Notes under the pieces: model-generated
Seen by the model: the letters and a program-made list of their open reading frames with translations, nothing else
Told to the model about the DNA's origin: nothing
The model's database searches: none
Shown here: in pieces, positions 1 to 13,008 of the stretch
Numbering within the stretch: the stretch's first letter is position 1
Layout of the letters: the number at the start of each line of letters is the position of its first letter
Position numbers and translations under genes: made by a program
DNA from: Utricularia gibba
Taxonomy: Eukaryota; Plantae; Magnoliophyta
DNA: 64,000 nt
Direction of reading: 5' to 3'
Assembly (NCBI GenBank): GCA_002189035.1
Contig: NEEC01000002.1
Coordinates: forward strand, 6,138,001-6,202,000

Positions 1-128
1 GGCATTAAGTGATGAGGCAAGCCACGTTAGTCAAAATCACAGAGGTTTCATGAAGTGGTCCGTGCAATCAAATTGCTGAATCACGCAAGCTGGGATAAAC
101 AGGGGCTAATTAGTACCTGGTGCATTGA

Positions 129-1022
129 CTACTTGTGTTCATCAGCAGAACCGTGATCAGCTTCCACAGAACCTTGATGGATAATATTAGAGATTCCATG
201 TCCAATAGATTGCCAAAAGCTAGTATTCTGAGATGAAACTGATTCATGAGATGGAAACTCAACTTGTCTTGCCGAAGCTGCATCTAGCTCAGAGAATCTT
301 ATAGCACCTAAGATTCGCTCTGGTAACTCCGATTCATCTTGGCCCTCGATGAGAAAAGCCAAATCAACGGTAAGTGTTCTTAAGTATCCAAATGCCAGAT
401 GAACTATAGCATTTGCAATCACTGAAGATCCAACATCTATATCAACCTCTATAAAGTTTTCACCTAAAGAATACTTGCACCTAAGTGCCCTACCAATTAT
501 GCAAATAGCCTGCTCCCCAACTGCAGCTCTCACAATCCAGGGACCTTTCACTATGTTAGCTATCATCTTTAGCCTCGCATTCCGAAATCCATCATCCTCC
601 TTTAAGAACTTTGCAATCAAAGAATCCTCCTGATTGTTTTCCATCCCCACAAAATAAGCAATCGCAGAGAAGTTTTCTTTAGTTGGGACTTGTAAATTGA
701 AAGCCCAAACAAAGGGATTGCAACCTTTTGAGCATTCATCATCCAGTGCTCTCCTAATGTGATATTCAGAGTTATTCAACAATTCTGAAACCTTAGATGA
801 TCCTCCTTTAACCCAATCAAAACCTAAGGGCTTTAGAAGATAATCTCCACCTGGTATCTTCTCCTTTGTTGTCAGATACTCAGGACCACGAACTTTGAAA
901 ATATCGCCAGGTGGGGAAGCCCAGCCATTTGAACAATCATCTGGATCACGAAGAGGAACAGAACCCTCTGATTTCACTCGTTCAATCCAATCAAGACATG
1001 GGCTTTCCTCAGGGTTTTCCAT
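129..1022 (-). CDS. EDR2-like C-terminal domain (DUF1336) protein, single coding exon
   Basis: 297-aa ORF with family motifs GWASPPGDIFKVRGPEYL, RLKMIANIVKGPWIVR and LTVDLAFLIEGQDESELPERILGAIRF, recalled from Arabidopsis At1g06050-type proteins. Confidence 0.9.
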   Translation of the reverse strand: MENPEESPCLDWIERVKSEGSVPLRDPDDCSNGWASPPGDIFKVRGPEYLTTKEKIPGGDYLLKPLGFDWVKGGSSKVSELLNNSEYHIRRALDDECSKGCNPFVWAFNLQVPTKENFSAIAYFVGMENNQEDSLIAKFLKEDDGFRNARLKMIANIVKGPWIVRAAVGEQAICIIGRALRCKYSLGENFIEVDIDVGSSVIANAIVHLAFGYLRTLTVDLAFLIEGQDESELPERILGAIRFSELDAASARQVEFPSHESVSSQNTSFWQSIGHGISNIIHQGSVEADHGSADEHK

Positions 1023-2451
1023 AAAGCAATAATCTGTTCAGGAACAAAAACCAACCAACATCAGGGCAGTCCATCCAATGCTTCTTCAAGTAAACAGAAG
1101 AGAAATTTCACCTGTAAGCAGACACAACAAGAATGCGGGATCTGGGGGCCGGAGCTGTAGATCACGCAGAGATTCTTTGAAAATGAGTTGCAACCGTTGC
1201 GTATGATCAACACTGAATCGATGAGGTGGATCTCAGCCAACTGCAAATTCCAGACTCAATCCTCTTTAAGCAAAATCACATTTTGCTTTGAAATTTCAGT
1301 TACAAGCAAGGTATCTTTTTCCAATAAACAAATGAAATTTAATTGCATAATGTTTTCCCACCTTCCAATTTTACCCTTCAATTCCAATATTTAAACGGAT
1401 TAAAAATAAATCCTATTGTAATTCAAAAAGGTTTCGAGTGTGTTATGTAATTTGAAATTGTATTTTAAACTATGTAGAATAAAATTATTGTTTTTAAAAA
1501 TATATTAATAAAAGCAATTTGATATTCTAAAATTATTTTATACAATAATATAAATTTAATAATATTATTTATTTATTTATTTAAATTTTAATAGATTAAA
1601 TTATTATATAATTTCATATTATAATATAAATATATTTTTAGAATAGATAAAAAGAGAATGATATACTATTTTAATTAATTTTATTTAATCTCTTAAACAT
1701 AGATTCCAGAAATTCATGATTTCTAAAGTTAATTACAGAATATAAATTTCTAATTTTACTATATAGCAGTTAAAAATTGAAATCCTTAAAAATTAAACAT
1801 AATTAATTCAAAAAATTAATAACATATAACAAGCCCTATATTTCCATAAACTGATGATTTTGAATATGAACACTCTATGAGAATGGTAATGAATCCATTA
1901 CATAGTTATTTAGTTTGTGTTTATAAAATGAAAATAATGTTTTTTCCTTATCTATTTTTTATAGAAAAGAAAATTAAAAAATATATAAATCATAAAAAAA
2001 AATTCAAAATAACCCAATTCCATAGCCTTACATTCATCACATTCTAATGCAAATAACCATACAAGAAGAGATGTGTAATATCATTTAATCACATGTTAAT
2101 TTCACTTAAATTTCATAGTCAAAGGATCTAAAAATAACTAGTAATCATTCCATATAATTCTCTATGTGAATTTCAATTCACCAAAACCACTTGTGAGAAT
2201 CAAATAAATAAAAATCAGCATTCATAAATAAAAGTAAATAATTTTTTATCAACTATAATAAAATGAAGGATTAAGATTGGATTTATTTCAAATCTATAGC
2301 AAATCATTTGGAAGACTATTGAAAGAAAAGCACACAATTGTGACTTTGGTTACTGTGAACCATGAGGATTTTGGGATTTGATAGGGTTAGAAAGTTTTTT
2401 TTTTTAATTTTTAAATGTAAAGAAGAAAAATTGAAAGGATGTGGAATTTCT

Positions 2452-2455
<4 letters not shown>

Positions 2456-2484
<29 letters not shown>
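2456..2484. repeat. (TA)n microsatellite
   Basis: Uninterrupted TA dinucleotide run, directly upstream of a TGGGCC/AGCCCA cluster. Confidence 0.9.
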
Positions 2485-2486
<2 letters not shown>

Positions 2487-2562
2487 GCCTCCTTAGACCA
2501 CAAGTTTAGGGCTTATGGCCCAAAATCCAAAGCCCATGTGAGGTTCTGGCGATGGTGCCCGC

Positions 2563-4009
2563 CTGCTGGGTGACTCTAGGGTTGGGGTATTTTTCCTGCG
2601 GTACCGAACTTTCAATTGACTACAATTTTCAGAATTCAGTGGTATGGTGGAGCCACTATTCGGTGTCTTTGTGGTGCTGCTAACTGCTTACTGTTCCTAG
2701 GTGCAAAATCGCTTGGTTTCCAGGTTTCGATCTTCTTTAACATCGGCATTCAATGAAGAAAGAATCATCTTACTAGGTTATGCGTTAGAATGCTGCATTT
2801 CACGAAACTAGATTGAAATCTCATGTCTTGTGTATTGGGTTACTAATCCGAACACTGAATTGCTTTCTTTTTGTGTGTTTTAGGTCATCTTGCTGCGAGA
2901 GTGTGTGTATATGATGTGCAAACCTGTAAGATGTGCATCAGTCTGAGAAATAAGCATCCAAAAATTTGAATAGATTATTAATCCAGTCTGAATAGATTGC
3001 TCTATTGTCTGCCTCCGGAGTACAACCACCTCTGGGAAGATGGGGACTCCAGGTACATTTTGGGGGCAAGGTCCCTCTCAGGTTTTTTAGTTGTTGACAG
3101 AATCTGTGTTGATTGAATGAAGGAGTTTTTGGTTTATATGTTACGTTGTTGAAAATATTCCACTCTATGATTCTGCAGAAGATGATCCTTTTCCACAGCC
3201 TGCTCAGACAACTTCAGTCAAATCCGAACCTGTTGAAAACTTCCCACCTGCTGTCGAAAATGCAGTTGGACCTGAAGTTAAGTCTGAATCTTCATTGGTT
3301 GTTAAATCAGAGTATTCGTGTGTACTACCAGAGTCAGAAGGAAAAACAAAGGTCGAAACAAATGAGGACGAAGATCACAGTCTAGACGATAAGAAAACAG
3401 TATTTTCGCAGACTAATGCTATGATATCTCGGATTAGAAGCAATACTGCTGCACGGAATTATAACATTGCACCGGGGCCGTTGTTGAAGAAAAGACCTCA
3501 GAGTAGTGGTAAGCAGAAATCGAGAATATCCAGCAAGAAACACGTTAGTTCAAAACCTGTTCCAGAGCTCTTTGCTTCAAGGAAAGCCCAGGAGGAAATA
3601 AGAACATATGAGGTATGACTCGGTTGGCATTTTTTGTGTGCCTCTAAAATTTGTGACTCGGTTGGCATTTTTTGTGTGACTCGGCTTTCATTCGAGTAAT
3701 GCCTTCAACTCCGCTTCCATACTGTTTTGCTAATGCGTCGTGTATGATTTTCAGGAACTGAAGAACGTAGCAACCACTGAGCTGAATTCTTTGTATGATG
3801 AGATTCGTCCGGTGATTGAAGAACATGAAAGGGACAATCAAGACAACATTTCTACTAGTGTAGCAGAAAAATGGATGCAAGCTACCTGTGCCAAATGGAA
3901 GGCAGAGTTCGATTTTCACTTTTCGATTGTGAAGAATGTCATTTGCCCTTCCAATCCCAACACAGAGGAAGCAAAACCTGCCACAGGTGGGGAACTAATT
4001 GAGAACTAG
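2563..4009 (+). pseudogene. ASHH1: 5'-truncated ASHH1/SDG26-like histone methyltransferase remnant (end of SET, post-SET and C-terminal region)
   Basis: LLGDSRVGVF (2563), GTELSIDYNF (2600) and WYGGATIRCLCGAANCLLFLGAKSLGFQ (2640-2723) lie in three different frames. They are followed by EYNHLWEDGDSR (3018-3052), YVVENIPLYDSAED (3142) and LYDEIRPVIEEHERDNQDNISTSVAEKW (last exon 3755-4009). Expected acceptors read CG (3016-17) and TG (3139-40). No AWS or N-terminal SET exons are seen upstream. Confidence 0.82.
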
Positions 4010-4473
4010 TCTAAGTCAAGTGTAAATCAGATATCTGTAGTTGAATTGCAGACATGCCATGTATGTAATTCTATGGTTAAGAGCTCCCATATCTTTTGAT
4101 CATGTTTGTAACATTGTTTTCTGAGAGCTGTCAAACATCTGGTCTGGTTCCATACCGGTCCAGCCAGAAACAGCTGTAGAAACATCCGCAATGAAAGCTC
4201 AGCTCAATGATTGAGTTTGTGGTTTTACTGTAGCACAGTGATTCTCTCGGCGCTTCTGTCACAAATTTCATAGGTATTGCTCAAAAATATGCTTGATGTA
4301 GCTTTTTTGAATTGCATGTTGGTAACTTCACTGTTAGGATGGCATCGCCAAAAAAACTTGGCACGTACAATAAAGGCGGCACCAGCTTCTCCTGTGGAAC
4401 GTCAGTTAAGTTACAGCAGGTTTTTGTGGTTGCTTCTACCTGTGCATTAACAGTAATATTGTTGTCAAGTTCA

Positions 4474-7100
4474 TCATCTGCTTGCTTTTGGTTGTGACGG
4501 AGACAAGACAAAGACTGAAGCTGCGGACTCAACATGGGTAAGAAGATAATCGTAGATCTTCTTCCTTATCCGGTCGATGGTCTCTGGAGAAATATGGGGT
4601 GTTTCTTCATCCTTAGCTGATCCAATTTCATCCAGCCAATGATTCACACTCTTTAACTGACTGAGCATTCCTGCTATCTGGCCACTGTTGGACAGGGACG
4701 AGCAACCAACATCTGCATCAAAAAATCGCTCGACGAAGCCTAAGAACCATTCTTGAGACTGCAACCGAAGTTTTTGGGAGAGCTCCAGAGCCTCGTCGAG
4801 GCCATCTCCTTTAGCCCACTCTATCAGAGAGGCGCTTGTCCCCTGTTTGCTGCTCTGCTTGTGCATGGCTCCAGCAGAGACATTCTTGGGATTTGTGGTA
4901 GCTGATGCTTTGATCACCGCTTTGGGTCCTTTGCTCTTACCAGGGTTCTCGAGAACGACGGTTTGATCACCGGAGAAAGTTTTCGAAACAGAAGCAACTT
5001 CTGCCAACCCTGAACTCAGGGTGTCCCCTGGTTTGCTGTATACCGTGAAGGATGACAGATTGGTGGCTATAGCAGCATTCACCCAGGAAGCTGCTTGCTT
5101 AGCCCCTTCCGATGTTATCTTTACCAATTCCTCTGGGAGATTTCCATCACCATCAGAGAAATCGACCGAAAGAACTTTCGACAGAGCATCTGCCATAAGA
5201 TTGGTTTTTTTCAGGCTTGCATGCAGTGAAAGGAACTGCTCCACAGCAGGTTGAGGGTTATCTTCTCTTGCAGACAAACTCATTTCGGAGAAGATGCTGC
5301 ACAGGTGAAAAAAACAGGCCGCTGAGTAGATTAATAGGAGTGTCTTGGATCATTTCAAGTCATTGGTATTCAGCAGCTAGGAAGGCAAAATGATGCAGCA
5401 TTTCAATTCACAAAATGGGTGACATCGAACTTGTTTCACAAGACGTGATGATACCATACCAATGAAAAGCAAGCAATATAATGGAGTTGTTCATGCCGAT
5501 GCGGTCAGCAGATTGGTGAAGAAGATTCTGTATGTGTAAGCAAATTCAGAGATACCTTAAACACTGAAGAAGAGTTTCACAAATGGAGCCTTCCAGGATC
5601 GCTTCTATGGCAGCTGTCTGTGCAGAATCTCTATTTTTCAAGACTTCCTGTTCATTCAGACAACTCCACGGATTCAGTACATAAGAACACTGAGAGCCAT
5701 AGTGATGTTTCAAGTCCAAGAGGAAGTTAGAGCTTCTGAATATATCCATCTTATGTATAAAAATGAAGGTATGTACCTTCCCTAACTTTGCAAGAGATGG
5801 AGGCAGCGAAGTCCATGAAACTCTTGGTTCTGGAAGCTTCCTTCTACTTATCCTGACCTTGAAGAAATTTCCAGGAAGCCCATGATTCGCAGCTTCTCCG
5901 GGCGGATTCTTCCCAAATGAACTTCGTGCAGCGGACTTTACAACATCAGGTGAATCTCTATTTACAGATGCTTTCGTCCCAGCTGAGTTTCCCTTGACTT
6001 CCTCTTTCGCTGGCATTGAATACACAAGTTTATCATCACTTGTTGATGGCAACCTTTCAGTTATCAACTTTCTAGGTACCTGCATCAACAAATGATAGAT
6101 AAGCAAAGGAATGGGAAACCAGAATATGAAAAGAACTTACAGAGGAAGCTGGATCCTCAAATTTCATATCCTGCTTATTAAATTTCAGTCGAGGGGTTTC
6201 CCTGTTCTTGGAATCAGCATTACCATTCCAGCTCTTTCTTAAGGATCTGGGGACCAATTCAAGTCCATGAACACCATCCTTGATCGACTTACAACTCAAC
6301 ATTTTATTCCCTCCAATAATTGCCTCACGAACATAGCCCGGCTTTTCTTTTAAGCCTGAAACTGCATTCCCCTTCTCCAACTTATCCATCTCCCTTACCC
6401 GTCCCTGTTGCTTAATCCCAGTGGTAAACTTCTTGAAAGAAGTTGGCATTGAATAACAACTAGTAGGAGAAGAAGGCGTGGACCGTGAAACCGAAGGCTT
6501 CAAATTTCCACCAGATTCTTTTGTCACGCCCAAAGGTAAACCTTGCTTCATTTGCTGTGACTTGGACCGATTCATTTCAGGGCTCTTGTTGTCCACTATA
6601 TCTTTGTTAACACTAAGATCAAATCTAGAAGGCCTAAGTTTAAATTCCTTCACTGAAGCATCTCTAGTTTTCTCACTTGATTTCGATCTACCAGGCGAAT
6701 TTAAATCATGATCGTTGCTAAGAAATCCCAATGCATGGGTAGCAACCAGATCTTCAGGCGTCCCTACACAGGGATGACGCCCCGGAACCGGCCTAACACC
6801 TTTGAGAATAGGCACAGGAGAAGCAGCCTCAAGCCTATCGACATGTATAAACTGCCCCAACTGCAACTTATCACTGAGAATCAGATCATCTTGCTCATCC
6901 GGCAGGGACACATAAGTAGCATGAGAGGAATCAGAGACCTTGAGATAAAATCCCTGATTCGGGAATAGCTCACCTCCTGCTAGCGCAGGAACAATGCTTA
7001 CCACCTGCAACAAGGAGGAACGATGCTCCCCTGCAACTTTCACATCTGTATTCATATGCTGGAGTAGCTTCAACAAAACCCCAGGTATTAAATTCGCCAT
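4474..7100 (-). CDS. DUF936 family protein (CORD-like microtubule-associated protein)
   Basis: N-terminus [33 protein letters not shown]...[15 protein letters not shown]. Exons 7100-6141, 6079-5777, 5647-5556 and 5296-4474 have GT-AG introns and join in frame. Confidence 0.9.
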
Positions 7101-9442
7101 CTTTCTCGATGAACACCAGGTGCTTCACTTTCAAGAAACACCCAGAACCAGAACTCTCCGGGATACCGCAGAGTAAACTTTCTTTTGTGTAGAAAACAGG
7201 TTCAATTGTAAGGTATACTGTCAAATTAGTTACGAATAACGACAACCGGAGAAGACGCCAGATTTGTGAAAAGGCTACGGAACCAAACACATCGAAAATT
7301 GAAATAACTGATGAAGAAATGCGAACAAACAGACACCTTGGTTCAGTTCGCAAAACTTAAAACTACCAAAACTGCATAAGAAATCGCAATAAAGAAACCG
7401 GCAACTAGCGAAAACGAGGCTTGCTACTAAGCAGTGAGCACAACCCAGATGAGGATGGAGAATGTGGCTGCTAGGCAGCAGGGTAACATCCCTAACCTAC
7501 ACTAAAAGAATTCATTTTTGGTAGCAAGAAAGCATCTTTTCAACCAGAAAGAGGTGAAAAGAAGAGAGATTCCAAGGTGCAGAAGATGGGGCGCCAAATT
7601 TGACGATCGTAGAGAATCCCTGCCACTGTAGAAGTAAAGAAGCCGAAGCCCCACTCCCCTGATCGCTGCAGAGCTCCTGCTATATAGCGGCACCTTTGGC
7701 CTGTTTATTTCCAACGCCACAACGGGGAGTTCTAAAACCCACCGTGTCGGTATCGGACACGCCAGCACTCCCCCAAAAACCCGAGGGTCAAATATTGTTA
7801 AAAAGTAGTTTTTTTGGGGTATTTTTATATCAATATTCAACACTGCCGAATGTCGTAATATCATTGGTTGGAGGAAAGCACGGGCCCACCCTGAATTAGC
7901 TAATTTATAATATAATAGTAATTAATTATTCGAATTAATAAATTAAATCGCGGAAAAATAAATCATAACTACCAATTAATAAGCCGTGTCGAGTTGTGAC
8001 GGTTCTTAGAAGCGACACGTAGAGGCACAAAGTGGTCCGAAGGAAATAATCATGACTCATGAGCCACCTACTTAGGGTAAATAATTAAACAAATGATTCT
8101 TTGTCTAAGAATTACCAAGCTCTCCTTTAATAAAATGTTTTAATTTACTTGATATTAAAATTACTTTAGATAAATATAAAATTTTTTTTATAAAAATTGT
8201 TATTTAAATAATAGATATTTGTTGTAGATTTAAGAACTTTTTTATCATTATATATATATAATATTATTTATTTTATCATTATAGTATTTTTTTCATGTCA
8301 TGACATATGTTATTGTTCAATTGGTATACTCAACTTTTATGATTTCATATTTATCTTTTGAGAAAAATGCATCATTCAAGATAAAAATATTTATTTATTT
8401 AAACAGATATTTTACTTTGTTCATAACTGATGTGAGATAATATCATCATACATTTATTTTTATATTCTCTCCCACTTATATAATTTGAATACTAGTTGAG
8501 CATCTCTCATAACATCATTGGTACATACTCAAATTAAGCTCTAATATCAAATGAAGACACACACTCGTCTTATACAATATTATTTGTTTCAAACATATAA
8601 TTTTTATGATTTTATGTTACCTACTCACAAATAAAAGATATTATACAAAATTATGACATTAATTCTATTTAAATCATTTTCAATGCTTGTAACCGTCACC
8701 CAACCATTACTATTACATTTATTGTGATGTTAATTAAACTAACTTGATAAATGTGTGTTGACAATGTTAAATAAGAAAGTTAATTAAAATAGTATAAAAC
8801 ATTATCACTTTATCAAATATACATAATTTAATATAAAGTAATCCTTTATGTCCCACCAAATGAATAATCCACCAGAAACTGAAAGACTCATTATTTAGTT
8901 GGGTATGATTTTCTTTCACAGAATCGAATCGAATCACAACACTCTAATCGAATGCAGCTCCATACCGAACATGCAAATGGCGATTCATTGGGCCCCTTAT
9001 CGAACCTAACTCACGTTCTCTTCCAACAACCGAACGGACCCGTAGGAGGCTCGGTCGGTGGCGATGTGATGGTTCATGGAGCGGGAGCCCTCTCCGGCGG
9101 ACCGGCGATGGCGGGGGGCCTCCCGAGGATGGCTACCGGCGACCTAGAGATGTTGCATGCCGTACCCGCAATCTGATAGACCCTAAACAGTGACATGTGC
9201 GCCAGGGAAGAGAAGAGAAGAGAAAGGGGCACGCCCCATGCACATGCACATGCGCCATGCCACCGAATATTTATTTAATTCAAGGGCCCCAGGGGCAACT
9301 TGCTTCTAGATGGCTAGCCAAAGCCAAGCATCATTTGAGATATTATTGAAGCTTGGTGTGTTCAAGTGAAGTCCCCAATATTGTGATCATGGGCTTTGAT
9401 GCAGCCCTTTTGGATTATCGTTACCATTAATCTTATATCTAA

Positions 9443-9678
9443 ATAAGTGTTTTAAAATATTTTTAAAACTTATTTTTATTTTTCAGAAGTAAAAATAATT
9501 TTATTCTAAAACACTTTTAATTGTAAAAGAAATTCTATCAAAAATAATTTTAAAATTATAACTACAAGAGTTATTTTTGGGAAAGTAATAATTTGATTAC
9601 TTTTACTATTTATTTTTATTTTTCAAAAATAATTTTAAAAAGTAAAAATAGATTTAAAAAAATTTCCAAAATACTAAT
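9443..9678. mobile_element. Degenerate Tourist-like (PIF/Harbinger) MITE, related to the element at 54811-55127
   Basis: Flanked by TAA on both sides, with imperfect terminal inverted repeats. The reverse complement of its 5' end (AAAAATAAAAATAAGTTTTAAAAATATTTTAAAACAC) matches the 3' end of the 54.8-kb element. Confidence 0.45.
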
Positions 9679-10627
9679 TAATTTTTAGATTTACACAGAA
9701 TCCGAATTATGTAACCAAATGTTAAGGAAGGCATACCCTTATCATGTTGTATAGTATTTGACATTGGTTTGTTTATCTTTTTTAGAAATCATTTGATAAT
9801 AAGATATTAATATATTTAAATATAATATAATTAAGAATGTATATATTCAATTATATTTAACATTTAATATATAAAAATAAAAGTCTAAATATATAATTAG
9901 TATAGATACAATTAATCTTATTTTTTTTATTTGTGTAAACCTACCAGCATATTCAAAAAATAAATATATCATTCATACAAAATTAAGATACATCATTAAT
10001 TAATCAAAAAACAACATATGTTTAAATTTGAATATAAACATTTTATACTATATTATCAAATATCTTATTAAGAAGATATATGTTCCAAATGGATACTACC
10101 CATCCAAATATGCAGCTGTGGGGGGGCAACTATTCTATCACATACGAGGTTACTTTCACGGGCAAAAACATTCAACAAGTGAAGCTTTTTTTCTTTTTGG
10201 CATGTGGTGAAGATTCATTCACAAGCATCATCAATCATACACTTCCCTATCAAACTTCTGTAGCTGTCGTTGGGTGCAACTACACGATGATGAGATTCGT
10301 TTCTGGTTCTTACAGAAAACAACAGCTGAAAAGGCAAGGGTTTTCTAGGTGTGCGCTCTTCTCCTTCAAGGGTTCAAGTGATTAGACACATGTCTTTCAT
10401 TTTATATTTTGATAAAAAAGATAGGAGTCGAGGCAACCAGGAAGCATGCCTGAGCAATGGTGGCAACTTTGGAGATAAAGAGAGATGAGGTTGGCGATCA
10501 CATTAGTCAGATAAGCAACTCTTTAGAAGCACGAAACAAGGAAAAGCAAATACCCCAACCGGATGGTTCAACTCTGAACAGCAGTAGAAGAAAAGGAATA
10601 AACCCTCTGAAGCTCACACTTTCAGGC

Positions 10628-11458
10628 TCAAAGGTCTTGGACACTCAAACCTGGAAAATAGGGAGAAGGATTCTGTCAAACCAAGGCAGCATACTTGGTG
10701 ATTCTAGCAATCTCACAACATAAAAAAGCATGCTCAATCAAAACATTAACAACAGGAACACTAGCCCATATGGTTAATGGAAACAGACGTTACCAGTGGC
10801 AAGACCGTATAGGAACCGAGTACAAAGATGCAGAGTGGATAAATCACCTGGTGGCAAGGACTGCTTCAGCTTGTCCGCTTTCTCTGGATCAAAGACACAG
10901 AGCGTGTACAAATACTTGGAGCACCTAACCTTGAACTTCACTACATCCTTGCTTCTCTTGATCTTCACAGATCGAGCATCCTTCCGGCGGGCGGTCAAGA
11001 GGAAATCCTTTATCTCGTGAATTTGCTTCGGCTGACAATCAAAGAAGGGAACCGAACATAAGACATTCAACTAGAGATGACTCCATGTTTAAAATTACCC
11101 GAACCCAAAATCCCAAAATGGCAACATTCTATCCACCTTCGGCAATCCAAACGAATAATACACACCAAAAAAAAAAAAAATCGTCATAACGTAACCTAAA
11201 TTATACAGAAACAAAAAAGAGGTAAAACATCGACTACACGCATCTCCCGATCAAAGAAAAACAAGCAATAAGCAACGAAAAAGCTACAAAATTGTACATG
11301 ACTGCAGTATAACTACAGAATATCTCAAAACCAGTCCGTGATATCAAAGACTCTATATTGTCCCTAGAACCACGGAAAATCACATCAACTAGGCGTAAAA
11401 GATCATGAGAACGCTAAAAAAAACTGAAGGACATGCCAAATTTTGAGAGATTCACCAT
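10628..11458 (-). CDS. RPL38: 60S ribosomal protein L38 (eL38)
   Basis: Exons ATG (11458-11456), 11031-10848 and 10650-10628 give [47 protein letters not shown]...PPGLSVQDL. Confidence 0.97.
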
Positions 11459-11708
11459 TTTTGCAGGCCCTCTGGTTGCCGTCCTTGGAAAAGGAGTAGG
11501 AATCCCCGTTTGATGCCTTTTGAGGAGTCGTCAAAGAACCCTAGTGGGCTGTCACAGGGCCCATGGTCTTCATATGACAAAAAGATAGCAAAATACCAGG
11601 AATCAACAGCCCAATAAAAAAGCCCAAATAATTGGGCCCGTTAAATGACTATAAATCAGTAATTAGGGTTTGGTTTCCTCTTCGTCGCCTCCAGGAACAG
11701 AGAAGGCA
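11459..11708. promoter_or_regulatory. Shared divergent promoter/5'UTR region of RPL38 and RPL35 with site II and telo-box motifs
   Basis: AACCCTAG at 11537, TAGGGTTT at 11664, TGGGCY or its reverse complement at about 11545, 11558, 11608, 11621 and 11633, and TATAAAT at 11650. Site II plus telo-box is the established plant ribosomal-protein promoter module. Confidence 0.75.
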
Positions 11709-12218
11709 ATGGGTAAGGAGCGTGTGCTTGGATGTTGTTTGCCCAAGGATGATCCCGTCTAATCGTTGCATTGCTTGCAGCTCGGATCAAGGTTCACGAA
11801 CTCCGGCAGAAGAACAAAGCGGAGCTGCTGGGGCAGCTGAAAGATCTGAAGGCGGAGTTATCGCTTCTACGGGTGGCGAAAGTCACCGGCGGCGCTCCTA
11901 ACAAGCTCGCAAAAATCAAGGTTGTTAGGCTGTCGATTGCCCAGGTACTCACGGTGATTTCGCAGAAGCAGAAAGGCGCTCTCAGGGAAGCCTACAAGAA
12001 CAAAAAGTACCTACCTCTGGATCTCCGCCCTAAGAAGACGCGAGCCATTCGTCGTCGTCTCACCAAGCATCAGGTACTTTCTCGAATTCTTTCTTGGTTT
12101 TGTGAAGATTGGAAATTGACGAACCCGAACATAAATGTGGTAGGCATCTTTGAAGACAGAGAAACAGAAGAAGAAGGAAATGTACTTTCCCCTTAGAAAG
12201 TATGCCATCAGGGTTTGA
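11709..12218 (+). CDS. RPL35: 60S ribosomal protein L35 (uL29)
   Basis: Exons 11709-11712, 11781-12073 and 12144-12218 give [18 protein letters not shown]...[48 protein letters not shown]. Confidence 0.97.
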
Positions 12219-13008
12219 GTTTTTTGTGATATGGTGAAGGCAATTATTGTTACCTCTTTCGCTTCAACTCGATGTTTGTTTGATTCAGCATTGTCTCGGA
12301 CAGATGTTCTGTTATCCAGGAATTTACCTTGAGAAGTTCAGCCTCATATTTGCGTTAGTTCTCTCTTCCATAGTTTTGTAGTCTGCTATTCAGATGAAGC
12401 ATTCAGGGCACGCCAAGATTACTCACATACCAGTGAATCTGGAAGTATATAGATTTAGGCATTGGGGAGAACTCGTTCATTTTCATAACAATTTTAGGGT
12501 TTGCTTCTCCGAGCCTTTTGACGGCAGCAGCAGTTTCTCGGATTTATTTCTCCAGTTCTGTTGTTACCCAAGCGATTGGAATTCGACGGTCAATGCCTAC
12601 CGTTGTCTCGCTGTATCCATGACTGGAGACATCGATGCCCACTTCAGGGGGACTCATGCAACCGTAGCTGCGGTTTCACTGAGGGTAAGACTCTCCTCCT
12701 GCCGTCCATTGTCGAAGGCGGCGGGAGTAACGGTGGTTGTTGTGATTATTAAAAGCATGAAAGTGGGAGTCGACGGGGTAGCCGGAGTCCGGCGAGGGCG
12801 GCAGCAGAGAACCAGAATCGAGCAATGGAACAAGGAAAGGGGAAGAAGAAAAGTGCGATTCATCTTACAATCATGTCTTTACTAAGTTAATTTAGAATGC
12901 AAACCCCAAACCCTAAATTGGACGGATTCCCAAATTGATCAGCTCATTTATTGGTTGGACCATGGTGCAGTGCACCTATCAAGAAACATTCGCCCGAACT
13001 CGCGTTTT

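Noticed and set aside
9291-9315. IPS1/miR399 target-mimic-like GGGCAACTT
   Set aside because: The essential CCTTTGGCA half is absent.
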